DNA of 64,000 nucleotides from Eledone cirrhosa (GCA_964016885.1 OZ024743.1:20708001-20772000); one strand, 5' to 3'. Shown: positions 13,581-27,322, numbered from the stretch's first letter. Notes: generated by a model not told the origin, from the sequence alone. A program made the numbers and translations.

Positions 13581-16500
13581 TATCTTCATCTGTATGACAT
13601 CTTTGAAAAACATCAAAATACATATTCAATGAATAGATAAATCACAATAACTAATGTCAGCAAAGGTGTGTATAAAATTATAAATATGAATTAAATATTC
13701 AGTGTTTTAAGTATGTTGACATTTAAACAATGCTGCTTAAATGACAGGGGTACTACAACCCATGATAATGGTTTTTATTGTTTTTTCCAATTTTATTTCA
13801 ATTTTATTTATGTCATTATCATGATTTGATGATGTTTACTTTCTGGTTTTCTTATTTAATAGATTGATTTTAAAATGTAGCCTTTTCAAGCTTTCTTAGG
13901 CAAATAGAAAGTTTAATAAGATTAATTTGAACTTTTAAATATCAGTTGTTAAGAAATAAATATAGTTGAGGTGTAATTCCAGACTACTACAGAGGAAGAA
14001 TTGCAGAACGTGTAGAAAGTGAAGAGAGAATGAGAAGCAGGTGAAATAAGTTGATTTACATTGAGATGAGAACTTAACAATATCTGAAGGAAAAGTAGTT
14101 AAAGAGTTTTATATGAAGCAGATGATTATTTTTTTAGATGAGCTCCAGGTTGTAATTGTATTTGGTGTCACCACAAACTAATATTCCAGTGTAGAGTAGT
14201 CATTTAAGGCTGATGTGTTTTCTGCACATAAAAATAAAATCTAATCAATCTTTGCAGTTCTGACTAAGCCTGGCTGAAATCACAAACGATAGCAATATCT
14301 AGCATTTTAGGAGTACTATGGTTTTAAAACATCAGGCACAAAGTCAGCACATACCTTGGAATGCATATCCCACTCTTTTATCATTTCAAATTAGAAAATG
14401 TACCACATGGTGTTTAGCTGAAAGTAATTTCTGATTATATTATTAAATCTATGAACATTTATGCAGTTTATTTTCAACCAACACACTGTGTCTTCCTGTT
14501 ATAATAATGTTATAAGTTTTATAATTTGGAGAGGAAGTTACAGGATTTCCACAGCATTTATCACCTTCGTTGATATGTTGTTTTATCATGCAAGTACTAA
14601 CATTTGTTTAGCTAAAAGGCTAGTGTTTAATATATCTCTCTGAATAGCATGATCCTTTCTTCACCTGCATAATATTGTGTTTGCATTTTAACTCTCTCAG
14701 GTGGTATGAATGACAAAATAAAGTCAAAAGATCACTATACTCCTATGAAAATAAAAACCTTTGTTCCTGATGGAAATCATTATGTTATCATTATTGTTGC
14801 TTTTATCAAATGTCTACTTATAATTTGCTTTCTATTTGAGGTTTTAAAATCCTTCATCTATGTCACTTTTCAAGCCATTAAGTAATTGATATCAAAGAAA
14901 TATATTTAAAAAATCAATAAAGTTTTACCTTATGGTATATATTACAAAATTATTTTTTAAATCAACTATTTTTATGTTTTGTTTTACTTAAGAAATATAA
15001 GATGTTTGTATTGAAGGAAAATTTAACTGAGATAATAGATAAAAAAAACACTATATCTGTATTATTTTTATTATTTTTGTTCAATTATAGAAAGATATTA
15101 TGTTTCTACTTATCACTTATGAAAATTATTAATATTTTTCTCTGATCAATATTTATTATAAATCTTATTTTCCTACTGTTTACTTTATACATACTCTATA
15201 GAGTAGCTAATATTTGCATAAAACAATTTTGGAACATTAAAGAAAAATTCTGCAATAGTTTACCTTTCCTTCTGTTATTTTAATATACACATCTGACCAC
15301 AAATATGCAAATGTGTTGGTATATTGAAGATTTTGTATTAAAATTGATTATGAAAATTGAAAATGGTTTTATTTTTTTAGACATTCAATTTTTTTGTAAG
15401 TTTATATGCACATTTCAAATGATTTCTATAAATCTGTTTGAAATCATCATCATTGTCCTTAATTTAGCATCTATAGCCTAAATAACATGGATTTCCTTCA
15501 CAGTATATTTTCATGTGTCTATGCTACATAATCTCATTATCATTTACTCTCAGCAATGATAACATTCCTAATCTCTAGTATTCTTGCTATCTTTATCTTC
15601 AATATTTCTATTGTCATCTTGAAAGATTTTGTACAATCCTTTTACGTACAGTATATATGATAGTTTTTGTGCTTCAACTAATTTAGAACTCTTCAGTCCA
15701 TCAAGTCCTCATAACACATCTAAGGCATCATTTTCACTCAAATCCTTTTAAATTCCCCCTAACCATTTTCTGGATACTATATTTCTTTAGATTTTCTATT
15801 TCCATGTAAATATTACATATGAAGCCCATTTACCTTTTAAAGTATCTTAGAAACTTAAGGATCACCATAAATTATTCAGCTTTAACAAAAGCTGACCACC
15901 ATCACTTTGAAGTTTGATATAACACTCTTCAGTTATTTCATTAGTGTTATCTTACACTTATATTATTTACACCATATTATTTACTATATGTTTTTTGTTT
16001 TATTATTTTACTTGCATTGCTATGTGGGTGTATGTGCATATTTTGAAATCAGCATATTGGTAGAGCAATTACTTTTCGAGTGTAAATAGATAATCAATCA
16101 TGTAAAGTAGGAGAGACACCAATTTTTCAGTTACATTGCATAAAACAGGAGAATTTTCATTAAAAAATGTTTAACTCGTATATGGACTTGTAACACCCAG
16201 TGAAGTCACAGGAATGCCATAGTGCCATACAGCATTTCTTGGGTTCTTGGGAATATCAAACCTGGCAAATCCCATCACTCATTGTCTGAACACAGCTAGT
16301 TTCATCCAAAGAAGAGAGAATTGTAAAGAGGAAATGAGAAACAGATACAGAGGAAAAATTGCCCTTGTACCAGACTGGTACTTTACTTTTATCAACCTCT
16401 AATACCATGAAGCATTTTATCCAACATTCTAACAATTCTCCCAATTTGTCACCTACACTCACGTTTATGTCATTACTAATTCATAAACTTAACTCTCAAT

Positions 16501-17568
16501 TTCACTACTTAGTGTAACTATTTCAACCTAAAGAAAGAGAGAGTTTCAGTTCTTTATGTTACCATTCATGAATGAATCACGCCATTTTTGTACCATTAAA
16601 TCATATTTTGATTCACATATCTAAAAGTAAGTTTGAAGTATTTATAATCTTGTATTCTTTATCTGACTACCTATCAATTTTAGATATGTAGTGATTATGA
16701 ACTTTCCTATCAAGTTGTTCAATAAACTGAGCAACATATTCATTAAATTAACATGAAATATGGATGAATATTCCACAGAAAGGTCCACCCTCAATGTAAT
16801 TCCCAATTGTAGTCAGTATAACACACTGTGACCTTTGAATTACAGGTATAGTCTATCCATCAGGCTTTCATGCAGTTTCCTTCTACCCAATTTTACTCAC
16901 AAGCCTTGGGTTAGCTGGAGGCTACTGTGAAAGACACTTACTTAAGCTGCCATGTTGTAGGACTAAATACAGGACCTCATGATTGCAAAGCTAATCTCTT
17001 AACCTTCTGCCATGCCTGTTTACAAACCATGTTAGTCATACAGATTACTTTTCAGTTTCATTTTCAAAAGTTTTATAACTATTATTTGCATGTAGGATAT
17101 GGGATTTTATCAATTTTTAAATGTTAATAACATTAAATCCTGAAATAATTTTTATGCTTTAAAAATATATTGTTTGTGTATTTTTAATAAATGGATTTAT
17201 TTTCATAATATCTGCCAATGTTTGTATGAAAGGGATCACATTTTTTAACTGTTAACTTGTGCAATACATTTACTGGATTTAAATGTTGTCAGAAATGCAT
17301 GGCTAAATGTTTTATATTTTCAACATATATTCACAATATATTGTAGTAAATTTTAAGAAATTATTGCCATATTTATAGTTTGTAATTCTAACATAAAGAA
17401 TTCACAAAAACAAAATTTGTTATTTAAGTAGAGATAAACATTAAACTTTTAGAAAGATGTTTAACAATACTAGCTGATGGATCAATGATTTGAAGATATG
17501 CAGTTTAAAACACTGATAAATAATATTTGAGTATTTCCTTTAAAATATATGCTGAAGACAAAAACAAC

Positions 17569-17612
<44 letters not shown>

Positions 17613-17964
17613 ATGTGTGTATTTCTGTACTGAAATATATTAACAATATTGCTTATGCAATATATCATTAAAAATATTTACATGCCCAAAGCACATTCAT
17701 TTTACAGGAAATGATAGAATATAAATGATAGATGTGTTTAACTGCTTATTTTGTTATTTGTTAAGTGCATTCCATTTCTATAATGACTATTTTGTTATAT
17801 TGTTCCAATAAAAATCATCATCATTATCATAGTTTGGCATTCATATTCCTGCTAGCAAGGTTTGAGTGTCGTCACAGACCACTCAATTTTTCTTAGTTTC
17901 GGTATATAGTCCTTAATGAATTTTAAATAATTAATTAGATTATCTGGGTTTATAACAATTTCAC

Positions 17965-18935
17965 ATCATCATCATCATCCTTCAACTCCTCTGTGGGCAG
18001 TCAGAACTCTCTTGACAATCCCTTTCCACTATGTCCAACCATGAGTCCTGAGCTATGGTGTCTGGGAAAGTCAGTTTTCGTGAATAGACACATCCAGAGG
18101 GATGCCACAGAAGGAGAGATGAAATGATTTCTTTGTTGGCTCCATGACAGTGACCAGCAAACTGTAGTCTTTTTTGCTTGAGCCTGAGGGATATTGGAAT
18201 CAAATCTCTGTAGATGGTTTCAAGTGTTGTGTGTGATCTCCAGCTTCTGTTTTTGATTCTTCTAAACAGATTTCTATATACACCATCAAGATATCTTTCA
18301 AGACAAACAGATAAGGTTCATGTTTCTGATCCATGGTTCAATCTACGTTCGAAAGATTTGGACTTTTAAGGAGGGTTATAAATTTGAGTGCCAAGTCTTG
18401 TCAAGCCTGTTGCATTCATCCCATGCCAGAGCTTTATGGATGCTGAAATCATTTTGGAAGTCTATGATATGAGTGCCAAGGTATTTAAAGTTCTCAATCC
18501 TCTTGATGGATGTATTGTTGAGTGATTTCAAATCAGATGATTCAGGGGAGGTTCTGATATATTCTGTCTTACTCTCATTACAATAGAGACCAACCTGATT
18601 TGCTGCTTGCTCAAGCGATTGCAGCAGGGATTCTGCGTCCTTTATAGATTGAGAAATGAGGGCAAGATCATCGTCGAAATCTAGGTCAGTCAGGTATTGT
18701 GCACGCTTGTGGCTGCTCTGGTGACATTTCAGAAGGAGACCCTTCTCCTTCATGTTGTCTAGTGAGATACGCAGGACATAGTCTAGAACAACTATGAAGA
18801 GAAAAGGGGCAAGTGTGTCACCTTGTAGAACTCCTGCTTTTACTTCAAAGGAATCAGTCTCGCCATCAGGTGATAAAACGGTGGCAGTGGTGTTTTCATA
18901 CAGAGCTTCAATTGTTTCAACAATTCCAGAGGGAT
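17965..18935 (-). mobile_element. 5'-truncated RTE-clade LINE (RT core and 3' end)
   Basis: GVLQGDTLAPFLFIVVLDYV, YLTDLDFDDDLALIS, FKYLG, LKQKRLQFAGHC; ends in (GAT)n. Confidence 0.88.
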
Positions 18936-19853
18936 GTTAAAATGTTCTTATCAGTCTTTCTAAAAGAGCTTTTATTTTATGGAGAGTAAATACACCATAT
19001 AATGCAAGATTATATATATGTAACAACAACTGTACTATTTAACTTATTTATAATATTATATTATAGAGTAATCCTTTACAAAGAAAACCGAAAAAATATT
19101 ACATAATTATTTTTACATAAATTTAAGTTCAATTAATAATTAATGAAAGTTATATCTTCTATTATCTCTCCATATTTTGAAATTTACACATCTACAGCCA
19201 GTATGTTACTTTTATTCAGATATCATCTCTACTGTAGTAATTTGGTTTTCATTTATACTGGCCTTCAAAGAAATGGACACTCAGAGTATTAAGCAAAGTA
19301 TTTTGATATTAATGCAGTTTATACATTGATTGTACTGTTGTGTTAGTATTAAAGAGACATGGTTTACAATATATCAAATAAAATTTAATGTCAACATTAA
19401 AAAAGTCTAATGTGAGATCTTAATACTTTTTGCATAATGTCAGAATAATGAAACTTAAGGATGATAAATCTATAAAAACAGTCTATAACTGACTGTTTAA
19501 ATGAAAAATTAACTTTTTTGACCACTCATCAGTATAACTCTGCAAAAGTACTTTTGATGACCAAAGTTGATACCATGGGAAAAAACTTTTCAATAATATA
19601 TTTTGCTGGCTGCACATTATCTCACCTGACAGCTTTGCTATAGATTTCTGTCTAGCTTCATACAGTGATTTTTTTTTTTTAAGCTATTCAAAATGTTATC
19701 AACATTGTATGAAAAAACCTAAGCTTGCATAAAATGACAAGTTAATTAGGAATTAACTTTTCCAAGAGTTAAAAATGTATAAAATGCTTTCATTTATCAA
19801 AAAGGAGCACATGGTTATGAAATTGTAAATTACATAACTTGTTTCTTTTTCAG

Positions 19854-19994
19854 AATGGGTTGGAAGTCATGTAAAGAAAACATTAAGTACACAGTAATCA
19901 ACCTTGAAGTATGGTTGTCACCAGTATTTGATACAAGACCATGGACAAAAAGCAAACACGTTGTTGACTGTGGTCCATTAGGTCCATATGGCAG
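19854..19994 (+). CDS. Internal coding exon A of a receptor with an OpuAC/ProX-like binding domain plus a Venus-flytrap domain (VKR-like or other VFT receptor)
   Basis: Acceptor gtttctttttcag| and donor GGCAG|gtaaat; 141 nt, phase 2 to phase 2. Translates MGWKSCKENIKYTVINLEVWLSPVFDTRPWTKSKHVVDCGPLGPYG(R). The NLEVW and G-x-LG motifs resemble betaine-binding proteins. Joins exon B in frame to give GPYGRAGWFIP. Absent from the ORF track. Confidence 0.85.
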
Positions 19995-20742
19995 GTAAAT
20001 ATATCTTTGAACAAATTTCTTATTTCTGATGTCTACACATAACTGTCCATACACATAACTGTATATTTTCATGATGCAAAACAAAAAACAAGCTGATTTC
20101 CTATTTATTTGATACTTAAATGTGTTTCTGTGTTATAAACTTTCCTCCCACTGAATGAGGTAAATAGCCAATATACTACCTTCTTTTGAATCTTTACTTT
20201 AAATTGTTTTACACATTTATAATACATTCTTTCCAATTAGATTTGTTTAATTCATTTAATCCCGATTGTATATTGAAATAGCTATCAATATTTACTTTTA
20301 CTCCTTACATATACATTGTAGCATATTTCAATATTTTAAATGATACATATGGGTGAGTGTGTGTGTGTATATAAATATTATTTACATTGAAGCTTATAAA
20401 TAATTACATTTATATTTAAGACACATGAAAAATTATTCCAATGCAAGATCTGTAGTAGCAGAATAAAAACACATTAATAACAATGTCAAATTGCTTCTGT
20501 AGATGGTACTTTATATCTTTTACACATAGTTGGGAGAATGAATATATTGGTATAAAAATACACACACACACACATGACATGCTTTGTGTATTGACGTATC
20601 ATATAAGTTTAGCTTACTTAGGTTCCCATATTGTACTGGGTGTTTAGGCAGCCCATGGGCTTGCATCTCACTTACAAAAACTTGCCATGCTCTACTGAAT
20701 GCATTTTGTCACATAAAAATCCATCAGAGCACATTTGTGCCC

Positions 20743-21033
20743 TCTGGTGTTGTCCAGCAGAAGCAAAGGTGACAACCGTCTATGCATTTCAGGCTTGACT
20801 GGCCATCGTTAGGACGATCGCTCCCACTGCTCTGCGACTTATAGCCAACTTATGCAGCTTCATATGCAAATGAGATTAATCACCTCATTTACATGGACGA
20901 GAAAACTATATGTTCTTGGCTGTTTTCAAGTCCAGCAGTCGCAGAGTAGTGGGAGGGATTGTCCTGACGATGGCCAGTCAAGCCTGAAATGCATAGACAG
21001 TTGTCCCCCTTGCTTCTGCTGGACAACACCAGA
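20743..21033. repeat. Long inverted repeat (about 97-bp arms) carrying divergent hammerhead motifs; probable Penelope pLTR relic
   Basis: Arm 20743-20839 is the reverse complement of 20937-21033 with few mismatches; followed by (TA)n. Confidence 0.85.
20957..21002 (+). ncRNA. Minimal type I hammerhead ribozyme motif (Penelope-like-element type)
   Basis: gattgtc-CTGACGA-t-ggc-cagtcaa-gcc-t-GAAA-tgca-TA-gacagtt: 7-bp stem I (gattgtc/gacagtt, with G-U pairs), intact core boxes, 3-bp stem II, palindromic TGCA loop III. Predicted cleavage after A20995. Confidence 0.72.
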
Positions 21034-21141
21034 AAATCCTATTTCTCTTCTATATATATATATAATGAAGGAGTTGTGTCAAGGAACCAGATGGACCATA
21101 ACGCACCAGAGTAGTCAATACTTAGGGTAGTAGAGTGGGTA

Positions 21142-21268
21142 ATAGGAAAATGTATGACCCCGGCGGCAGAGCTCAAGCCGTTTCGACGGCTATTTCTGGA
21201 CTATTTCAGTCCAGAAATAGCCGTCGTAACGACTTGAGCTCTGCCGTCGGGGTCATACATTTTCCTAT
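21142..21268. repeat. Near-perfect hairpin, 61-bp arms, 5-nt loop
   Basis: ataggaaaatgtatgacccc...ctggact-atttc-agtccag...ggggtcatacattttcctat; about 3 mismatches, CpG-rich. Confidence 0.9.
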
Positions 21269-21668
21269 ATATACATATGTAAATATATGTTGATATGAGT
21301 ATCTTGCAAAACAAACATCATACTAGTGATAAGATATAGTATTTGCATATTTTCAAAATCTACTGTACTTGGTCATGAGTAGTTGATGTGAATTGGATTT
21401 GAATTCATCACATGAGTTTAGGCTAATGGAAGTAAGAAATGGATATAAAATGTTATTCACGTGCTAAAAAGAAAATAGTTGACCATAGATATCCATTCTA
21501 GGTTTTAAGCCAATGATTGGAAACTCTCTTTGGTCCCTTGACTTGTTAGAAATAGCAGTCAAATCTCTCACATATCACACCTTACAGTTTTGAAAAAGGG
21601 AAGTTAATGCTATATAATGCAGTCCTAGATATCCTTAAAATGATAGAATAATCATAGCTGAAACATAG

Positions 21669-21712
21669 ACATACACTTCAAAATTTTAGGTGTAAAATTT
21701 TGAAGTGTATGT
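21669..21712. repeat. Perfect hairpin with 20-bp arms
   Basis: acatacacttcaaaatttta-ggtg-taaaattttgaagtgtatgt. Confidence 0.9.
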
Positions 21713-22399
21713 ATTCATTATTAAATTGTTAATCATTTGAAAATATATTAATTTCCTTAAAATAAGATGATTCATTGAACTTTGCAATTTAGAATTCTAT
21801 CATAAATATTTACTTTAAATATTGAGAATTCAATTTACATTAATATTTATAGTATTCAGTTCTATTTACTGAGAGTGAATGGTTAGGTGTTTATTTGGCA
21901 TGTTTGTTTATGTATTTGTGTATCTTGGTTTTTTGAATTAGTACACTATATCCATGCATAGCCTAAAATGGACTAAAAGGCTTAGTGGTAAAATATGTAC
22001 CTGGGTTGAAAACATCCTGTTTAACCCATGTCAGTGTAGAAGAGCAGATGTAAAAAAAATATGAACATAGATGTATAGCTATAGATATGTTTATAAATAT
22101 GTTTTTCTTTGTAGCAATAGTGTTCTGTGATGATTCTGTATTGTTTATTTGTTAATTGTAAATCATTTTTGTTTGTTTCATGGTTCTTCTAATATGAGAT
22201 AAGCTCTGATCAAAGAGACCCATGATCAATGACATTCCAGTCAAGACCACTTTGCTTTCTTTTAAAATCCTGTGTATGTAGTAATATACCATCCAATTTG
22301 ACACTCAATTATGTGTGATTTGAGGATGATTTTGCTATTATTTCTAGTGGGATAGGTGGTTGTAGCTGTGTGTCCCCACATAGGTATAGTTGTTTTTGT

Positions 22400-23000
22400 T
22401 GTTCACATCCTGAGAGGGTTGTGGGAGCAGAGTCCTTAATCACTCCTTCCAGCAGGTCGTGTCAGAAGCAACCATCTTCAATTGATCCAGCCGGATCCCT
22501 AAGCAGAACCAGCCGAGCTCATGCATCTGAGACAATCTAACAACATGCCCGTAATAGCGGGGCTGTGATCTCTCAATTTGGGGAAGTAGCAGCTCTACCT
22601 GCAGTGACTCTCTGATCTCTGAGCTATGCACTCTACTAAGTAACGTTACTCCAAAGGCTCTTCAGGGGTACCCCAGTTTGGTTGCTTGTATTCCCATTTG
22701 TATTCTTTCAGTCATTACGCAAGATTTATGACCATAGGTTGGAGTCAGTACGATTACTGAAGTGAAGATAGTAAGTTTGGCTTTTAAACCTACCTCCCTT
22801 CTTCTGATTACTGAATGTTAAAGCTAGTTAGTGCATTACTGCACCAGCTATTGCAATGTTTGCACTTAATTCAGCCTCCTGCCTTCTATCAATCTGTACC
22901 TGCTTCAGTGGGACTCTATTCACATATAGAGTACACTCTGCAGGCTTCTTTGAGAGGACGAGTGTCTCAGTCTTCACAGTACTGATTTTCATTCCAGCCA
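22400..23000 (-). mobile_element. RTE-like LINE C-terminal fragment (different family)
   Basis: AGMKISTVKTETLVLS..., SSEIRESLQVELLLPQIERSQPRYYGHVVR. Confidence 0.75.
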
Positions 23001-23049
23001 TGTGTCTGTGTGCATGTGTGTCTGTATGTGTATTTGTTGCTGTATATTT

Positions 23050-25240
23050 CATCATCATCATTGTTTTATGTCCGTTCTTCCACGCTAGCATGGGTTAGAT
23101 GGGTTGTCCTGTTGTGGGCAGTGTCCGGTCGGATGACCATACCTTGCTCATACGGGAACTGATTCTGGCTTGATTTCTACAGCTGGATGCCCTTCCTAAC
23201 ACCAACCTCATTTACAGTGAGTGCTGGGTGCTTTTTTCCGTGGCTCCTACACGTCCACTTTACAGTGTGGGCTGGGTGCTTTTTTTGCCGTGGCACCTCC
23301 ACGAACACTTTGCAGTGGGAGGGTGTGGGGGCATATTGTCTATATGCTTCAGCTTCGGCTTGTACCCATGGGGGGTTGGGTCTTCTGTATTACTGTGTGA
23401 CACCAGAGGTCATGGTCGTGTGTCATCGGCTTTGAGAGGTGTAATTAGGTAAGGTCGGCTTTTATCACCTCATCCCAGGTCTTCTTGGGTCTCCCCACTC
23501 TGTGGCTTCCATCGACTTCTAGTGCTCTGCACTTTTTTATGCAGCTGTCATCCTTCATACGCATCACATGTCCATACCAACGTAACCTCCTCTCCTGCAC
23601 ACAGCATTTGATTCCTCTTATGCTCAGTCTCTCCCTCTCAATTCATTTATGCTTTGCCGTTCGCATATATTAATATTACACATCCATCGGAGCATGCAAG
23701 CTTCGTTTCTTTTTAATCTACGCAAGTCTTCCACAGACAACGCCCAGGTCTCACTACCATGTAACATTGCTGTTCGTATACATGCATCATACAGTCTGCC
23801 TTTCATTTGAGGGAAAAGCCTTTTGCAGCTAGCAGTGGCAGTAGCTCCCTGAACTTCTTCCATCCCATTCTTACCCTAGTTATTGTACTTTCCGAACACC
23901 CACCTCCGCTGCTAATTCAGTCACCCAGGTAGCAGAAGCTGTCTACTGTTTCTACAGAACCCTCCAAGAGTTTGGTGGTACTTGTTTCCTGTGGCTGTTT
24001 GCTGCTTGCTGTCTCAGCACAGCTGCTACATGTGAAGCCTACATTCTTAGTTAAGCTTCCTGAGATCCCGCTACATCTCTTGTGTACCCATTGTTTGTAT
24101 TTGGGGCAGAGAATGGAGTTCCTACCTACACCTTTCCTACATACTGAGCAAGGCCATTTCCCTGAGGGGATCTGGGTTCTGTTTTCTCGTCTACTTACAA
24201 GGACCTTAGTCTTTGTCAGGTTGACCCTGAAACCTTTTCTCTCTAGTCCCTGCTTCCAAGTTTGGAATTTTTTCTCTAGTTCTACCATAGATTCAGCTAT
24301 AAGTGCGAGGTCATCTGCATACAGGAGTTCCCATGGGCATCCGGTCTTAAACTCCTCCATTATTGCTTGCAGAACTATGATGAACAGGAGAGGGCTAAGA
24401 ACAGAGTCCTGGTGAACACCAACCGGTAGGCTAAATTCCTCGCTAGAGTCATTGCTAATCCTAACTCTGCTGACTGCTCCCCTATACATGGCTTGTACAG
24501 CTTTCACAAGCCATTCATCTACTCATAGTTTTCTAAGAGCCCACCAGATTATAGCATGGGGAACTCTGTCAAAGGCTTTCTCGAGATCGACGAATGCCAG
24601 GTAGAGTGGCTTACTTTTAGCTAGGTACTTTTCCTGTAACTGCCTCACAAGGAAGAAGGCATCAGTGTTGTCACTTCCTAGCACAAACCCAAATTGCATC
24701 TCATCTAGTTTCACCCGGTCCCTAATCAACTGTGCTATAACTCTTTCTGTTACTCTCATGACCTGGTCCATCAGCTCATATAGTTTACTCTATCTAGTAC
24801 ATCACCTTTACCTTTGTAGCAGTTGCCAATGATGCTACTGTACCGATCCTTTGGTATGACACTTTTTAGTATTACCTGGTTAACAATACGTGTGATTATC
24901 GTGTGACCTACTGACCAATATGCCTTCAGCATCTCGGCAGCTATACTCGATGGACCGGTTGCCTTCCCCGTCTTCATATCTTTGATTGCCTTACTACGCT
25001 GCTGCTGACTTGTAGTGCTGGCCCCTCTATAGAGTCTACTTGAGGTAGGGTCTCTTCTTCCCATGCATTCTCCTCATTAAGTAATCTATCATGATGGCTC
25101 TTCCACGCATCTTTCTTCTCAGCACTTGTGAGGGAAAGCTCACCTTTATCATTCCGGATACACTTCTCTCTAATGACATCACAATTCTCTCTGACACACT
25201 GCATCGCAATCTTGAACACCTCCTGTTTCTAGTCCTCACG
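23050..25240 (-). mobile_element. RTE-clade LINE, 5'-truncated, RT with a Cys/His (PHD-like) insert, complete 3'UTR
   Basis: QFGFV, LAFVDLEKAFDRVP, GVHQDSVLSPLLF, LLYADDLAL, CSVC...C..KQWVHKRCSG...CSSC, FCYLGD, MLHGSETW; (GAT)n tail. Confidence 0.93.
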
Positions 25241-26976
25241 TTGCAAAAAAATGTGTATTATATATATTCATTTAAGAGGTTTTTCAAGCTGCCCATTCTC
25301 ATCATTCCACCAAATTAAACAGTTATGTACTGAAGCCCTTAGTTTGTCCAATAAACTATTTCACAGACCATAGTAGTGGGAATCATGCTTGCTAATCTGG
25401 ACTCTGGGGTATTCATTGCTCTCTAATATGATAAAACAAAATAAGCTGATAAAAAAAAGTAAGATTTAAACCTGATATCTCAGATGGACCAGGTCAAAGA
25501 GGAACAAAAGTCTCCTACCCTAATGTAAGAGAGAATGAAGATAAATGTACATTACCTAGCAGTGACAATAGAGTAAATTTGATAAAAGAAATTAAGTAAC
25601 TTGCTTCTAGGATTATATTATAAATTAGAATCCTGTACAAGTACTAGCTAGTCTTCAGTTGGAAGTATAATACAAAATAATAATAGAATTGCATGCTCTA
25701 ACTGTAACCAATTAATCCAAAGTTCCAAGGACTATTAATTACAATGAAGCTGAAGTGCTACATATCAATGTCAAACAAAAGTGGTGTAGTGCCGGATACT
25801 TCTATTTTTAAATCAAAAGAAGTTAATGTCTTTCAGTAGTTTGATGATCAATGGTAACTTCATTAACAGCAAAGCTGCAATAATGGAGTATGCTGTAGCA
25901 GTATCCAGTTGCATAGATTATCATTTATTACATAATTCAAAGTTAAAGCTACTTCCTCATTGTCAGACTAAATAATCTTAGCTTTAATGTTATGAACAGA
26001 CTTGGTCAATATAGTTGTTTTGACCTGTAGAATGTGAGGAAATAAAGTATTTCTTGTCATATACAGCACAGGACCTAGAAGAATGTGATGGTTGACATTT
26101 GCTGCAGGTTTTAATCTGTCTTTATTTATTTACTAGTTGTTTATTGCAGCTTCATAGAACAAACTCCATGCTAGTTACATTAAATTCTTCTGTATTAGAA
26201 CTTGATTTTGTTACTGATCGAAGAGATTATTAAAATCTAATTTTGATTACAATTTGAATATATGAGAAAAAAAATAATGGGACTTGATTGACCACTTCCA
26301 TTTTACACTGGTCACCATTGAGACATCTGGTGTTCTTGGTCTCTACACTGCCAATTTTTTCCACAAAATCAAAAAGACAGCAGCCCACCTGAGGAAGTGT
26401 CGCTAGTCATTTTCAGTGACAATGCCTGCCTTTGACATTCTATCAGGGGAGCATGGCTGAATCACAGCTCATATTGGAGTATAGAGTCTGTCCCTTCCTC
26501 ATTTTCCTTCACTGCTTAATTCTCTTTTTTTCTTTTTCTCCTTTCCTTTTCCTTTATTTGAATGTAAATTACTATATTAACTTCCTCAATTTCATACATC
26601 TGTTCCCCATATATACATTTTAAAATGCCAAATAAATCATTTCCAGCACATATTGGTTTTATAATCTGTAGTTTGTTGTCAAATGATAAAAAGGTCTATC
26701 TTGCAGCAATCTGTTTACTACATTTCATAATGTAATTCTAAGTAGACTTGTTTTTTTTCATTTCATGCCTGCAGCTTCTCAGTTAATCTGTTCAATGCTG
26801 ATTATAGTGCATAATTTCTGAATAAATAGATCTGCATAGTTTAAATGCCAGTCTATGATATAGGTTATTTTCGAATATATATGCCATCTACATGTGATAT
26901 ATGTATCCCACTAAAGTACTATTTAACAAAGAAGTATGAAGTGTCACTGATCTACAGTAATAAATTTGCCTATAGC

Positions 26977-27232
26977 CAGTGGTGTATTGCAAGGGGTGCA
27001 TGGGAGTGCAGCTGCACCCCAAATTAAAAATAATTTTTGTCAGAAAATTCATAAATTTTCACAAAATATTGTATACTTTGCTCGTATATTTTAGTCACAT
27101 AAAACATAATAAGATAGGTACAATACGAAAATGAATAAAGAAGTCTTAATAATGATTGGCGTGCATAAATATTTTTGTCAGAAAATTATGAACTTCTGCA
27201 CCCCCAAAAATGATAGGAGCAATATGCTTATG
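26977..27232. mobile_element. Putative non-autonomous hAT-like element
   Basis: Imperfect TIRs cagtggtgtattgc / gcaatatgcttatg; partial TSD cctatagc/cctatgat; internal repeats tgcacccc and tttttgtcagaaaatt. Confidence 0.55.
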
Positions 27233-27322
27233 CCTATGATTTATATGATATTTTCTTGTGTTATTGGGGTAGAAAAAATAAACTTTCTTAGGATCATACA
27301 ATGTGAATGATTGTAGGTTTAA

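Noticed and set aside
19855-19857. ATG as the gene start
   Set aside because: It sits 1 nt after a strong acceptor, no signal peptide follows, and the domain is already in progress; upstream exons were not identified in this window.
19830-20084. 84-aa minus-strand ORF
   Set aside because: Antisense shadow of exon A, which has proper splice sites on +.
23972-24415. 147-aa plus-strand ORF
   Set aside because: Antisense to the LINE reverse transcriptase.
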